NCBI GenBank assembly: GCA_029775855.1
Contig: JARVJZ010000005.1
Coordinates: 32,001 to 96,000, forward strand
From: Nitrososphaeria archaeon
GTDB lineage: Archaea > Thermoproteota > Nitrososphaeria > Nitrososphaerales > JAAOZN01
Direction: 5' to 3'
DNA: 64,000 bases
Both the position numbers and the translations under genes were made by a program. The notes below the pieces were generated by a model, which ran no database searches, was not told the origin of the DNA, and saw nothing but the letters and a program-made list of their open reading frames with translations. Position 1 is the stretch's first letter, and each line of letters starts with the position of its first letter. Of this stretch, positions 1 to 9,823 are shown one piece after another.

Positions 1-69
1 GAGAACAGCTGTAAAATAGTTTAAGCATATTGAAGTGAAAGTTGCATCAACAAACATCAAAACAACGCA

Positions 70-225
70 AAGTTTATGTTCCAACTCCAGGAGGACCATA
101 AACATAAAGGACTCTTTTCCTACCTTTAAAACACTCTCCAAGCTATTGCAACAGACTCGGTTCTCTTCTTGTACTATGGACGACGAGTTCCTTCTCCTGC
201 TCGAACAAGGCATGCTCAGAGTACG
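70..225 (-). pseudogene. Degenerate P-loop/AAA+ ATPase fragment (possibly Orc1/Cdc6-like)
   Basis: Manual minus-strand translation gives ...LLQ*LGECFKGRKRVLYVYGPPGVGT*TL: a hydrophobic strand plus broken Walker A (GPPGVG-K-T) with in-frame stops. Confidence 0.35.
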
Positions 226-316
226 GAGTCAATGGGGAGGTTAACGTAAGGTTGAAGCAGTGGTATGTGAGGAATCAAGTGGCAGAGTTCATCTGTAGAA
301 TTTCTGGCAAGACCTT

Positions 317-1130
317 TCAATGATAACGGCGATTGACATGCGTGTAGATGTTGTTTGCTGTGTTTGCCCATATTAGGTATGTTGGGTTTAGTCTTCTGTG
401 TTTGAGTGCTTCTGCCATCGCTTCTCTATCCCCTTTCTCAACCGCTTCTTGTAGTCTTTTGTCTTCGTGGAATTTTGGTGCGAAGATCTGTGTTAGTATG
501 ATTCTCTGTAGCTCTTTGAGCTGTTTTCCGCTCAGCGTGTTTATCGTCTTCAGGTTCTGCTGCTTTGATGCTAGTAGGTTTATGTTGAAGCCTAGTGCTT
601 CGAGCTTCATCAACGCTTTCCGATATTTCTTGTCTTCTTCATAGTCTATCTTCTTCATGCCTGCTTTTTCGAAGAATGGGTTGTACTTCGCCATGACCGC
701 TAGTGTTTCGACGTATTTTTTGCCTGTTAGTGGCATCGTCTCCTTCACGAGTTTTACGCTTAATCCCTATTCCTCTGTATTTTGGTGCTACGATGACTCT
801 TGCTATTCTTGTGAAGTCTCTGTTTAAGCGTTTTAGGTATTCGGTGTATGGTTTTGTAGGCTTGTATTCTGGTGCGGCTTTGCTTCTTCCTCTGCACGCG
901 AATATTGGTGGTGTGTATGCTATTGCCCCGGCTAATTCGCCGTTTATGTATGCTGCGTAGATCTTTGTGGTGTTTGCTGGTGTGTTGGCTTTGTAGTGTA
1001 GGTGCTCTAGCCTTTTGAGTTCTTCTCTCGACGCTTCTTTGATCTCTGCTTGCTTAAGTAGTGTGCATTCTCTTGCTTTGTATTGGTAGGTTTTAACATC
1101 AACTTCATCTCTAGGTTTGAATGTGTTCAC
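317..1130 (-). pseudogene. Frameshifted GNAT-fold acetyltransferase, like the C-terminal domain of COG2401 ABC-ATPase/acetyltransferase fusions; ATPase domain absent
   Basis: ORFs 639-1130 (HLHYK...RIARVIVAPKYRGIG) and 317-748 (KETMP..YVETLAVMAKYNPFFEKAGM) join into one GNAT domain if one base is removed from the CCC run at 765-767 (GIGLSVKLVKE). Confidence 0.75.
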
Positions 1131-1384
1131 GTATTCTCTGTTTGGGTCGTCGAATGTCGCTTCGAATGTTGAAGCCTTCTCAACGCTTAAGAATACGTCC
1201 GCTGAGACGAGCTCACTCGATATTGTGTAGATCCATGCCTCCGTGTTTGATTTTTAGCTGAGCTAGCAGCGAGGAGTAGCGTTAATAGAGCCTCAAACAG
1301 AAGCAAAACAGCAGAAGACCGATTTAAGAAGACCAGCTGACAGAATACTATACGAGAAGTGGGTCAGAGAGAAGGCTACATAAC

Positions 1385-1462
1385 ACAAGCCCCTCCTAAG
1401 AATGTTGTGTTTAGGTTCTGGATTGCTGATAGTATGTTTGCTGCCGATATATGAGGCGTCAT
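1385..1462 (-). pseudogene. Remnant of a paralogue of the 624-aa membrane protein at 5281-7155
   Basis: Translates to MTPHISAANILSAIQNLNTTFLGGAC vs IAPLVTPANITSVVQNLNATFTTFIGGAY in the intact gene; nucleotide similarity to ~5636-5700 is visible. Confidence 0.65.
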
Positions 1463-1679
1463 GGTTCGGGCTGTTTGAGATGTTGGGTTCCTTATGCGAA
1501 GACTGAAGCTGTCGCTGTTAAAGGTATACTTATGAAACAGCTCAGGTTCAGTATGTAGGTCAGTAGAGTTATTGAAGCAGTATGGCTATGGTCTTCACGT
1601 ACTCTATACAATTTAGTTTGAATCACATCTTTATAGGTGGAGAATATGGTTGCGAGTAGGGATGCGGTGAAGCCTGTTC

Positions 1680-2549
1680 TCAGCTGCTTGCTGATTTGAT
1701 GTGCCCCTTCTCAATTAAGTAATCACGAAGTGCGTGCTTCCAATCTCTAACTTTTATCCCGTATTCCTTGAGTTTTATGCTTTTTAACGCAGAAAATAGT
1801 GGGCGCTTAGCTTTAATTTGGAGCTGATCTGTTTTAATCGGTTTTAAATCCGCATTAATTCCTGTGAGTTTGAAGATCACATCGGCAAATTGGAACCATG
1901 TGCAGTAGCCCTTATTGGTTGCATGGTAGATTCCATATGGTAATTGTAGTTCCAGAACTTTCTTGATTATTAGCGCGGCATCTTTTGTGTAGGTGGGGCT
2001 TATCCACATGTCATCCACAACACTTATGGGCTCGTTTTTCTTGGCTTTAGCTATCATTGTTTCAACGAAGTTCCCGCCTTTCCCGCTGGCACCAACCACT
2101 CCGAAAAGGCTTGCCACCCTGAGAATGTAATGTTTTGGATTCTGTTTCGTGAAAAATTCTCCTGCTAATTTAGAGATTCCATAAGTGTTAAGAGGGTTTG
2201 GCGTGTCTTCTTCCGTATAGGGCTGACCCTTTAAACCGTTGAAAACATAGTCTGTGCTTATAAAAACGGTTGTGGCTCCGACTTCCATCGATGCTTCAGT
2301 TACATTTTTTGCTCCAATGGCATTTACAGCGAATGCCTTTTCAGGTTCTACTTCACATTGATCAACTTTTACATAAGCAGCCGTGTTTATGACTATGTGC
2401 GGATTGTGCATTTTTAGTACTTTGCAGCTATGCGGGCAGGTAACTTCTATTTCCTTATGAGTTAAGCCAACGACCTCATGATCTTGTCCTAAAACTCTCA
2501 TGAGGTCTGTACCAAGCTGCCCGGTTGAGCCTATAACGATTATTTTCAT
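1680..2549 (-). CDS. rmlD: dTDP-4-dehydrorhamnose reductase
   Basis: GSTGQLG, STDYVF, YGISK, SPTY, AKRP motifs; position in rml operon. Confidence 0.95.
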   Translation of the reverse strand: MKIIVIGSTGQLGTDLMRVLGQDHEVVGLTHKEIEVTCPHSCKVLKMHNPHIVINTAAYVKVDQCEVEPEKAFAVNAIGAKNVTEASMEVGATTVFISTDYVFNGLKGQPYTEEDTPNPLNTYGISKLAGEFFTKQNPKHYILRVASLFGVVGASGKGGNFVETMIAKAKKNEPISVVDDMWISPTYTKDAALIIKKVLELQLPYGIYHATNKGYCTWFQFADVIFKLTGINADLKPIKTDQLQIKAKRPLFSALKSIKLKEYGIKVRDWKHALRDYLIEKGHIKSASS

Positions 2550-2593
2550 AACTACAACCCTTAATTACAATGTAATGGAAACGATGAGCAATG

Positions 2594-3592
2594 TCATGTG
2601 AATTTGTGGTGGAAGTCGATTTCCTGTGCTTGGATTATCGTGGTCCACCACCATCTGTTTGTTTTATACCACTCAATTGTTTTTCTTATACCGTCTTCAA
2701 ATTTTGTTTTAGGCTTCCATCCAAGCTGTTTTATTTTTTGAATATCTAGAGAGTAGCGTATGTCGTGTCCAGGCCTGTCCTTGACAAATTGGATTAGGCT
2801 TTCAGGTTTGTCCATAATTCTTAGTATCGTTTGTACGACTTGGATGTTTGTGAATTCTTGTTTGCCAGCTATGTTGTAGACTTGTCCAGTTTCGCCTTTA
2901 TGCAGTATGAGGCTTAGGGCTTCGCAGGTATCCTCTACAAAGATCCAGTCTCTAACGTTTTCTCCCTGCGCATACACTGGAATTTCGCGGTTTAACAAAG
3001 CGTAGATAATGGTTTTTGGAACAAGTTTCTCAGGATGCTGGTAATAGCCATAATTGTTTGTGGACCTTGCAATAACTATAGGTAAATTGTAAGTTTCAAA
3101 AAAGGCTTTGCAAAGCAGGTCCGCTGAGGCTTTAGAAGCAGCATAAGGGTTTCTAGGGGAAAGCCTATCCTCTTCTTTAAAGCTGCCTTCCAAAATGTGG
3201 CCGTAAACCTCATCTGTACTTATATGCACAAACTTTTCCACATCATGTTTTCTACACGCTTCCAATAAGGTGTATGTTCCAAAAACGTTTGTCAAAACAA
3301 AGCTGCCCGCCTCAATCACACTTCTATCAACATGGGTTTCAGCTGCAAAATTCACCACAAAGCTGCATCCTTGAATGGCTTTATCCACATCCTCTCTACG
3401 GCAGATGTCGCCTTCAATTAAAGTTATTTCGGTTTCAACGTCCTGCAGGTTTTCTCTTCGCCCAGCATAAGTCAACTTATCAAGAACAACACACTCCATA
3501 GAATGTTCATTAACTAAGTGGCGGACAAAGTTGCTACCAATAAAGCCAGCTCCGCCTGTGACAAGCACTTTCAACGCTTTATCAACCCTCAC
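2594..3592 (-). CDS. rmlB: dTDP-glucose 4,6-dehydratase
   Basis: GGAGFIGSNF, DKLTYAG, FAAETHVDRS, HISTDEVYG, DRPGHDIRY. Confidence 0.97.
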   Translation of the reverse strand: MRVDKALKVLVTGGAGFIGSNFVRHLVNEHSMECVVLDKLTYAGRRENLQDVETEITLIEGDICRREDVDKAIQGCSFVVNFAAETHVDRSVIEAGSFVLTNVFGTYTLLEACRKHDVEKFVHISTDEVYGHILEGSFKEEDRLSPRNPYAASKASADLLCKAFFETYNLPIVIARSTNNYGYYQHPEKLVPKTIIYALLNREIPVYAQGENVRDWIFVEDTCEALSLILHKGETGQVYNIAGKQEFTNIQVVQTILRIMDKPESLIQFVKDRPGHDIRYSLDIQKIKQLGWKPKTKFEDGIRKTIEWYKTNRWWWTTIIQAQEIDFHHKFT

Positions 3593-4092
3593 TTATACGG
3601 CGGGTAAAACCAGTCCCATGGTTTGCCAACTCTTGGGTCGTCTTTCTTGCCATTGAGAGATTCGGGTATTATATTTTGGTCGTTCCATGGCCTACGTTCT
3701 TCATCAGGATCTTTGTAATCATATAATTTTGAGACGAAGTAGATGGTTAATGAAGGGTTGTTTCCGATCGTTTTAGTTCCATGCCAATAATGGCCTGGAA
3801 TCCTGACGATTTGTAATTTATGTTCGCTTGCTATGATCTCATCTAGTTCTTTTGTTTTCTCATCGTAGGCGCATATTTTCATGGCACCTTTAACTACTAT
3901 AAAGTAGTCTGTTTGGCCTCTGAGGTGTCTGTGCCAAGCTCTCACAATGTTAGGGTAGCTGTATGAAAGGTTTGCCTGGGCTATCCATTCATCACCTAAA
4001 ATTTCCTTCCAATCTTGGCGGAAAATTTCGCAGAAGAATCCTCTCTCATCAGAAATCTTCTTTAACTCAAATATTTTCACTCCATCTAACAT
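3589..4092 (-). CDS. rmlC: dTDP-4-dehydrorhamnose 3,5-epimerase (cupin)
   Basis: DERGFFCE, RAWHRH, WHG cupin motifs; lies between rmlA and rmlB. Confidence 0.9.
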   Translation of the reverse strand: MLDGVKIFELKKISDERGFFCEIFRQDWKEILGDEWIAQANLSYSYPNIVRAWHRHLRGQTDYFIVVKGAMKICAYDEKTKELDEIIASEHKLQIVRIPGHYWHGTKTIGNNPSLTIYFVSKLYDYKDPDEERRPWNDQNIIPESLNGKKDDPRVGKPWDWFYPPYK

Positions 4093-4127
4093 TATTCTCC
4101 CCTTTTCAACAAGTGGAATTTATTTCT

Positions 4128-5186
4128 TTATACTTCTACTTCTGAGTAGTCTCCCAAATGTAGCCTTATGGTGTTTTTTCTGTTGTTTTTTGTTACTTTT
4201 GCATATCTACCTATGAGGCTCTCTTCTATGCGGTCAACGTCTATTATTTGGGCGTTTTCCATGATTACACAGTATTCTATGTTAGAATTTTTTATCTTAG
4301 TGTTTTTTCCAACGCTCGTATATGGGCCGATAAAAGAATTTTCGATTTGGCAACTTCCACCTACTACAGCGGGGCCTCTTATGGTGCTGTTAACTATTTT
4401 TGCATCTTTTTCTATTTTAACCCTCCCCTCTACAGTGCTGTTGACTGTTTCACCTTCTATTTCACGTTTTATGTATTCGTCGAGGATTTTTGCGTTAGCC
4501 GCCAAAACGTCGTCCTTTTTACCCGTGTCAAGCCACCATGTTTTTAGGATTTCAGCCTTTACTTTATAGCCCAAGTTTATCATTTCTTGTATTGCATCAG
4601 TTATCTCAAGTTCACCACGCCAAGAAGGTTTGATGCGCTCTATTGCATCGTGAATTTTGTTTGAGAATAAATAAGTTCCGACTATAGCAAGGTTGCTGAT
4701 AGGTTCCTTGGGCTTTTCCACAAGTTTTATAATATTTCCTTTTTCATCTAGCATAGCCACACCGAACTTTGATGGATCATCCACCTCTTTCAGCAGTATT
4801 AGCGCATCCAAGCCTTCTTTTTCAAATTTTTCCACGAAGCTTACAATTCCTTGGCCCTGAAGGTTGTCTCCCAAACACATGACAAAATCTTCCTTACGCA
4901 AGAACTCGTTAGCGGTTTTAACAGCGTGCGCTAATCCTAAAGGCTCTTGTAAAATATACGTAACGTTAAACCCCCAATGTGCCCCATCTTTAACATACTC
5001 TTTAACATAGCCGCCAGTTTCTGGAGCAATTATGACACCGACGTCCTTGACCCCTGCTTCGGCCACTTGGTCTAGAACGTACCCTAAGATAGGTCTATTA
5101 GCTACTGGAATAAGCTGCTTAGCCAAAGTGAAGGTTAATGGACGGAGCCTGCTCCCTCTGCCGCCGCTTAATACAAGGGCCTTCAT
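4128..5186 (-). CDS. rmlA: Glucose-1-phosphate thymidylyltransferase (long form)
   Basis: GGRGSRLRPLT, KQLIPVAN, EKPK, RGELEITD, WLDTG; C-terminal hexapeptide repeats. Confidence 0.95.
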   Translation of the reverse strand: MKALVLSGGRGSRLRPLTFTLAKQLIPVANRPILGYVLDQVAEAGVKDVGVIIAPETGGYVKEYVKDGAHWGFNVTYILQEPLGLAHAVKTANEFLRKEDFVMCLGDNLQGQGIVSFVEKFEKEGLDALILLKEVDDPSKFGVAMLDEKGNIIKLVEKPKEPISNLAIVGTYLFSNKIHDAIERIKPSWRGELEITDAIQEMINLGYKVKAEILKTWWLDTGKKDDVLAANAKILDEYIKREIEGETVNSTVEGRVKIEKDAKIVNSTIRGPAVVGGSCQIENSFIGPYTSVGKNTKIKNSNIEYCVIMENAQIIDVDRIEESLIGRYAKVTKNNRKNTIRLHLGDYSEVEV

Positions 5187-5280
5187 GGCACTAATTTAGC
5201 GTGGTTTATTTTAAAAATTTAATTACTTTACCGTTTATTACGTGTGTATAATGGTGGATGGAAATGCTTATTGTAACCGC

Positions 5281-7155
5281 TTATCTATAGGCTGGGACGA
5301 ATATGACGCCAACTTCTCTTAACGTGTAGCTTATAAGTGATGTTATGATTGTTGTGTGTAATAGGGTTGCTGATACTTTGCTAAGCATCCCTGAACCAAT
5401 ATATGTTGTTAGTGTATTAACTATTATTTCTGTACCGAATGCTGCTAGTATGTGGAATGGTATGATGTATATAAATCTTGCTTGATACAGATTTGGTAGG
5501 GTCGAGTTTGTGAAGAGTGCGCTTGTTGTGCATACTATTGTTAGTGCTAGTAGGGTTGTGAAGAATCTATTATTGCTAGAAGCTATATAGAAGAGGCCTA
5601 TAATGGCTAATATGATGGCTAGTGGGTTTGAGTATGCTCCTCCTATGAATGTTGTGAATGTTGCGTTTAAATTTTGAACAACTGAAGTTATATTTGCTGG
5701 TGTGACAAGTGGTGCGATTTCCAGAATTGCTGCAGCTGTTGTCTTGTTTCCTAAGAATAGGCTCCTAACGGCCTCGCCAACTATGTTTATTCCGATTAGC
5801 GCTGCTGAAAACTTAACTTCCCTTAACAGTAGATTTCTTCTAAGAATGGTTATTATGGGAATGAGTGCAAATGCTACCATGAGAATGGTCCAGGTTGCAG
5901 GGTGTGTGTATAACACGGCAAGCGTTAAGGCTGATGCGCTAATCAAATGTTTCCTACAACCTTTTTCTAACCCCTTTATGTATTGTGTTAGGGCTAGATT
6001 CACTTCTACTAAAGCAAGGAGGTTTGTATAGAAGCCTGCGTTTACTCCAGCTATAGCTTGGAATGAGAGCGGCGTGTACATTGCTGCAAGCAACGCTAGT
6101 CGCTTACTGTGTATCGACACCAAGCAGTATGTTGATATGCTCAGCAGTGAGATCAGTATTGATGGCATTATCCTTATAGTGAGGTCTACATTGAGTAGTG
6201 AAGCAATTCCTTGTTGAAATAATATGTAGATGGGTCTATCCGTTCTTAGAGACTCTGAGATTAGTGATTGTGTATCCAGGCTGCTGTAGGTTTCCATATA
6301 ACTGTAGTATAAACGTGAGTCAACACCTACTAACATTGAAGTAGGGTTTAAAGTTGGTAAGTAAGGGTAGATACCAACATACACCGATAGCAGTACTGAG
6401 ACAAGCAAAAGTATCTTTTCTCTAAACCCCTTGATAGTCTCGTCATTAGAGTCAGCTACTAAAGTCCTCCTCCAAAAAGCTAATCTAACAACCCATATCA
6501 CAGCGAAGATTAGGAACAGCCTTGGGGTGAGGGGTCGGAGTGCATTTGATAGCTGGAAGTCTGTGAACGAGAAGATCCAGCTTATGTCTGAAAAGGGCGG
6601 TGAACCGTCTATACCATTCGCAAGCCATCTTAGGGCTGAAGGTAAGGTTATTGAAGCTGTGAATATGAGCCAAAGGGATGTAGCGATGCCTAGGATTCTC
6701 CTCCTCAAAGGCACATCTGATCTCGATATTGTACCATAAAGTAGTATGGCTGAAGCGACCATAACCCCAAGCAAAGCTACATTTGCTATGAGGTAGAGGG
6801 CTGCAGAGCATATTAGCAGGATAAGAGCTGCTTTATTTAGTAAACGCCGTGGGGTATCCAATCTATAAGAGAGTAGGGCTGTAGAAACAAGGCTTGCGAG
6901 CCAAACCGCTAAGTCGAATTCTGGAGTTATGAGGTGGATATCGATTAAGTAGCGGATTAACCCTACACCCCTAACCAGCGCATAGAAGCTTGAGCCATTG
7001 AAGAAGTGGATGGCACTGAGCCATATGAGGAACGATGCTGAAATCGTCTGTGCCAAAATCTTTGGCTCTACATAAAGTTTATCTCGAAGTAGGTTATGCA
7101 AGCTTTTTAATTCACTATTCTCTTTCACACTACTTTCTACGACTACAATCAGCAC
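5281..7155 (-). CDS. Polytopic membrane protein, putative GT-C fold glycosyltransferase
   Basis: Many hydrophobic segments; loop motif LVGVDSRLYY after a TM helix, plus YTHP and RF motifs seen in GT-C-like proteins; glycosylation context. Confidence 0.55.
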   Translation of the reverse strand: MLIVVVESSVKENSELKSLHNLLRDKLYVEPKILAQTISASFLIWLSAIHFFNGSSFYALVRGVGLIRYLIDIHLITPEFDLAVWLASLVSTALLSYRLDTPRRLLNKAALILLICSAALYLIANVALLGVMVASAILLYGTISRSDVPLRRRILGIATSLWLIFTASITLPSALRWLANGIDGSPPFSDISWIFSFTDFQLSNALRPLTPRLFLIFAVIWVVRLAFWRRTLVADSNDETIKGFREKILLLVSVLLSVYVGIYPYLPTLNPTSMLVGVDSRLYYSYMETYSSLDTQSLISESLRTDRPIYILFQQGIASLLNVDLTIRIMPSILISLLSISTYCLVSIHSKRLALLAAMYTPLSFQAIAGVNAGFYTNLLALVEVNLALTQYIKGLEKGCRKHLISASALTLAVLYTHPATWTILMVAFALIPIITILRRNLLLREVKFSAALIGINIVGEAVRSLFLGNKTTAAAILEIAPLVTPANITSVVQNLNATFTTFIGGAYSNPLAIILAIIGLFYIASSNNRFFTTLLALTIVCTTSALFTNSTLPNLYQARFIYIIPFHILAAFGTEIIVNTLTTYIGSGMLSKVSATLLHTTIITSLISYTLREVGVIFVPAYR

Positions 7156-7301
7156 GTTTAAAGCATTGCTGCGATGGGACTAACGAGACAATGAGTAATA
7201 GGTTTATTTGTTGTAGCAATCATTTGTTTAAGGGTCCTTAAAAGTTAAATTTGCATAGCTAGTTGCAACGCCATGAAGAAGAATGCCTTTTATAGAGACT
7301 T

Positions 7302-8201
7302 CTATTTTTTGCTAGAAGGGGCCATAACTGATTCTATGTACCTCTTTAAGCCTTCACTAAACTCTACTTTAGGCTCCCATCCAAATAACTTTTTAGCCTT
7401 ATCTATACTTACAACAACTCCTTTGAAGTCTCCAGGTCTCGGAGGTTCATAATTAACTTTTAGTTCTCCGAATGTCTTCTTTAATTCTTTAATTATTCTA
7501 TTTATTGTTATAAATTCTTTACCAGCCAGATTTACTATTTGATTTTTACCATTATTGTGCATTGCAGCAATGCAACCATCAGACAGATCAGATATATTTA
7601 TGAAGCATCTACCTTGCTCCCCATCACCATATATTGTTATACTTTCTCTGTTTATAGCTCTCTTAACGAAGATAGCGATAGCCATATTCGCTCTCATTCT
7701 CTCACCATATGGAATGTCAAACCTTAGTATCGTATAAGGTATCCCAAAATGCTTATTCCAGGCAATAAGTAGATTTTCTTGCCCTATCTTAGAAGCTGTA
7801 TATAGATGATCCGGAGGGGGTATAGGTGTCTCTTCCGTAACAATACCCTCAGCCCTGTTGTAGACCCAAGTCGTAGAAGCTAATATGACCCTAGTTACTT
7901 CAAATGAATGAGCTGCTCTTAATAGATTTAGTGTTCCAACTTCATTTACCTGCAAACATAGTTCAGGCCTTGTTAGCGCTATGTTTACATCAGCTATGGC
8001 AGCTAGATGATACACATATTCAACATCCTTAAAGGCTTTAAATAGATCATCCATATTCAGTAGGTCTCCTTTTACCCACTCAACATCTGACCGATGTGGC
8101 TCTGCCAAATCGAACACTCTTACTGTATATCCTTTCTCACATAACTTATCTACTATGTGGCTGCCTATAAAACCCGCGCCGCCAGTAACTAAGATGACCA
8201 T
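7302..8201 (-). CDS. NAD-dependent epimerase/dehydratase (extended SDR, atypical active site)
   Basis: TGGAGFIGSH, HLAA, YTASK (YxxxK), RPGD; unusual ASTTWVY and LRFDIPYG. Confidence 0.9.
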   Translation of the reverse strand: MVILVTGGAGFIGSHIVDKLCEKGYTVRVFDLAEPHRSDVEWVKGDLLNMDDLFKAFKDVEYVYHLAAIADVNIALTRPELCLQVNEVGTLNLLRAAHSFEVTRVILASTTWVYNRAEGIVTEETPIPPPDHLYTASKIGQENLLIAWNKHFGIPYTILRFDIPYGERMRANMAIAIFVKRAINRESITIYGDGEQGRCFINISDLSDGCIAAMHNNGKNQIVNLAGKEFITINRIIKELKKTFGELKVNYEPPRPGDFKGVVVSIDKAKKLFGWEPKVEFSEGLKRYIESVMAPSSKK

Positions 8202-8204
8202 TAT

Positions 8205-9359
8205 CTAAACCTCCGCTAACGCTTCCTTGAATTTTGCAACTACATATTCAGCGTCTTCGATGCTCATGTCCGGGTAGATCGGTGGGCATATCATTCTCCT
8301 ACATATGTCTTCTGCTATAGGGTAGTCTCCTTTTTTAGTGCTTAACAATCTTTGATAAAGTGGTTGCAGATGTAAGGGTGGCCAATACACTTCACCACCA
8401 CATCTTACACCTTTTTCCTTAAGCTTTTCTTTCAGTACATCTCTATCATAGCCGTCTTCTGCTACTAGTACGTACTTATAGTAGTTATTGCGAAGATTTA
8501 AGGGTGTAAATATGGGAGTTAAAGCTTTTAGTTTACTGAATTCTCTGTCATAAACTCTTGCAATCGCATTTCTTTTGTCAATTATTTCATTTAACCTTCT
8601 GAGTTGAATAATACCTATAGCCGCGTTTATCTCATTCATCCTCCAATTATAACCTAGCTCTATGATGATGTTACTTCCAAAATTTTCTTTGCCTTGATCT
8701 CTTAAAACTCTGGCTCTTGTGTTTATATCATCGTCGTCCGTAGTAATTATGCCCCCTTCTGCAGTCGTTATAACTTTGGTCGGATAAAAGCTAAATGCTC
8801 CTACATCTCCTAAAGAACCAGCTGGTTCACCATCAATTGTGGAGCCGTGCGCGTGAGCAGCATCCTCTATTAAGAAGAGCTTATGATCTTCGCATATTTC
8901 TCTTATTTTTTTAATGTCTGGGCATACCAACCCTCCTATGTGAACAGCTATAATGCCCTTCGTCTTACTTGTAATCTTATTTTGAACATTCTCAGCATCC
9001 AAACATAATGTCTTGGGGTTTATGTCTGTAAAAACAGGCCTTCCACCAGCAAATATTACTGCAGCCGCTGTTGCGGTAAACGTGTTTGTTGGAATTAAAA
9101 CTTCATCACCTTCTTGCAACTTAAGACATCTAAGAGCTATTTCAAGAGCGGCAGTCCCAGAGCTAACTGCGATCGCATATTTTACTTTGTGAATCTTTGC
9201 AAACTCGTTCTCAAACTTTCGTGTATATTCATGCAAAGTTAGCATTCCAGATAATAAAATCTCTTCGATACTATTTTTTATATCCTCAATATCTTCTTTT
9301 TGAAAGTATGGTTTTACGGGAGGAATGATTCTCATCTGCATTGACTGCGCTTCAAACAT
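8205..9359 (-). CDS. DegT/DnrJ/EryC1/StrS PLP-dependent nucleotide-sugar aminotransferase
   Basis: SSGTAAL, IEDAAHAHG, FSFYPTKVITTAEGG (catalytic Lys), GYNWRM. Confidence 0.95.
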   Translation of the reverse strand: MFEAQSMQMRIIPPVKPYFQKEDIEDIKNSIEEILLSGMLTLHEYTRKFENEFAKIHKVKYAIAVSSGTAALEIALRCLKLQEGDEVLIPTNTFTATAAAVIFAGGRPVFTDINPKTLCLDAENVQNKITSKTKGIIAVHIGGLVCPDIKKIREICEDHKLFLIEDAAHAHGSTIDGEPAGSLGDVGAFSFYPTKVITTAEGGIITTDDDDINTRARVLRDQGKENFGSNIIIELGYNWRMNEINAAIGIIQLRRLNEIIDKRNAIARVYDREFSKLKALTPIFTPLNLRNNYYKYVLVAEDGYDRDVLKEKLKEKGVRCGGEVYWPPLHLQPLYQRLLSTKKGDYPIAEDICRRMICPPIYPDMSIEDAEYVVAKFKEALAEV

Positions 9360-9823
9360 GTTATTTATAAACCTTGTGATAAATAAAAACCGCGAGAAGA
9401 TACTTAACTGACTAGGAGGTTTAAATTAACAATATGTTCGTTGATAAGATGCTCTACTCGAATGCTTACCTCAAACTTTAATATAGATGCAACATGAAGT
9501 ATTAGTTATCTCTTACCCGGATTACCCGTCTGTTAAAAGAGCGTGGGACTCTACACTAAATCTGTGGAAAGACTTCAGTAAAAACTTGGAGGACATATTA
9601 CAGAGTCATAATGGTAAAATCGTTGATTAAAAAACACATTTAAGAATAACGTAAGCCATTAACCGTAATGAATGTTAGACTTTAGCCAAACGATATAAAG
9701 AACGCCAGGAAACAGTATGGAATATAGAAAAGTCAAAAGCATGTCCGTAATAACGCGCTACAAGTTAATTTTGCGATAAAGCAGAGAATCTCTTTTCTAC
9801 ACGTGACTCATTTTGATATTTGC

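Noticed and set aside
35-960. Plus-strand ORFs 35-244, 348-644 and 703-960
   Set aside because: Antisense shadows of minus-strand remnants; no motifs
1286-1294. TAGAGCCTC matches the tRNA-Thr 3' end/flank (29502-29510), a possible att site
   Set aside because: Only 9 bp; such a match is plausible by chance in ~30 kb and does not extend into the T arm
1288-1383. Plus-strand peptide EPQTEAKQQKTDLRRPADRILYEKWVREKAT*
   Set aside because: Looks like a gene 3' remnant but has no clear start and cannot be assigned
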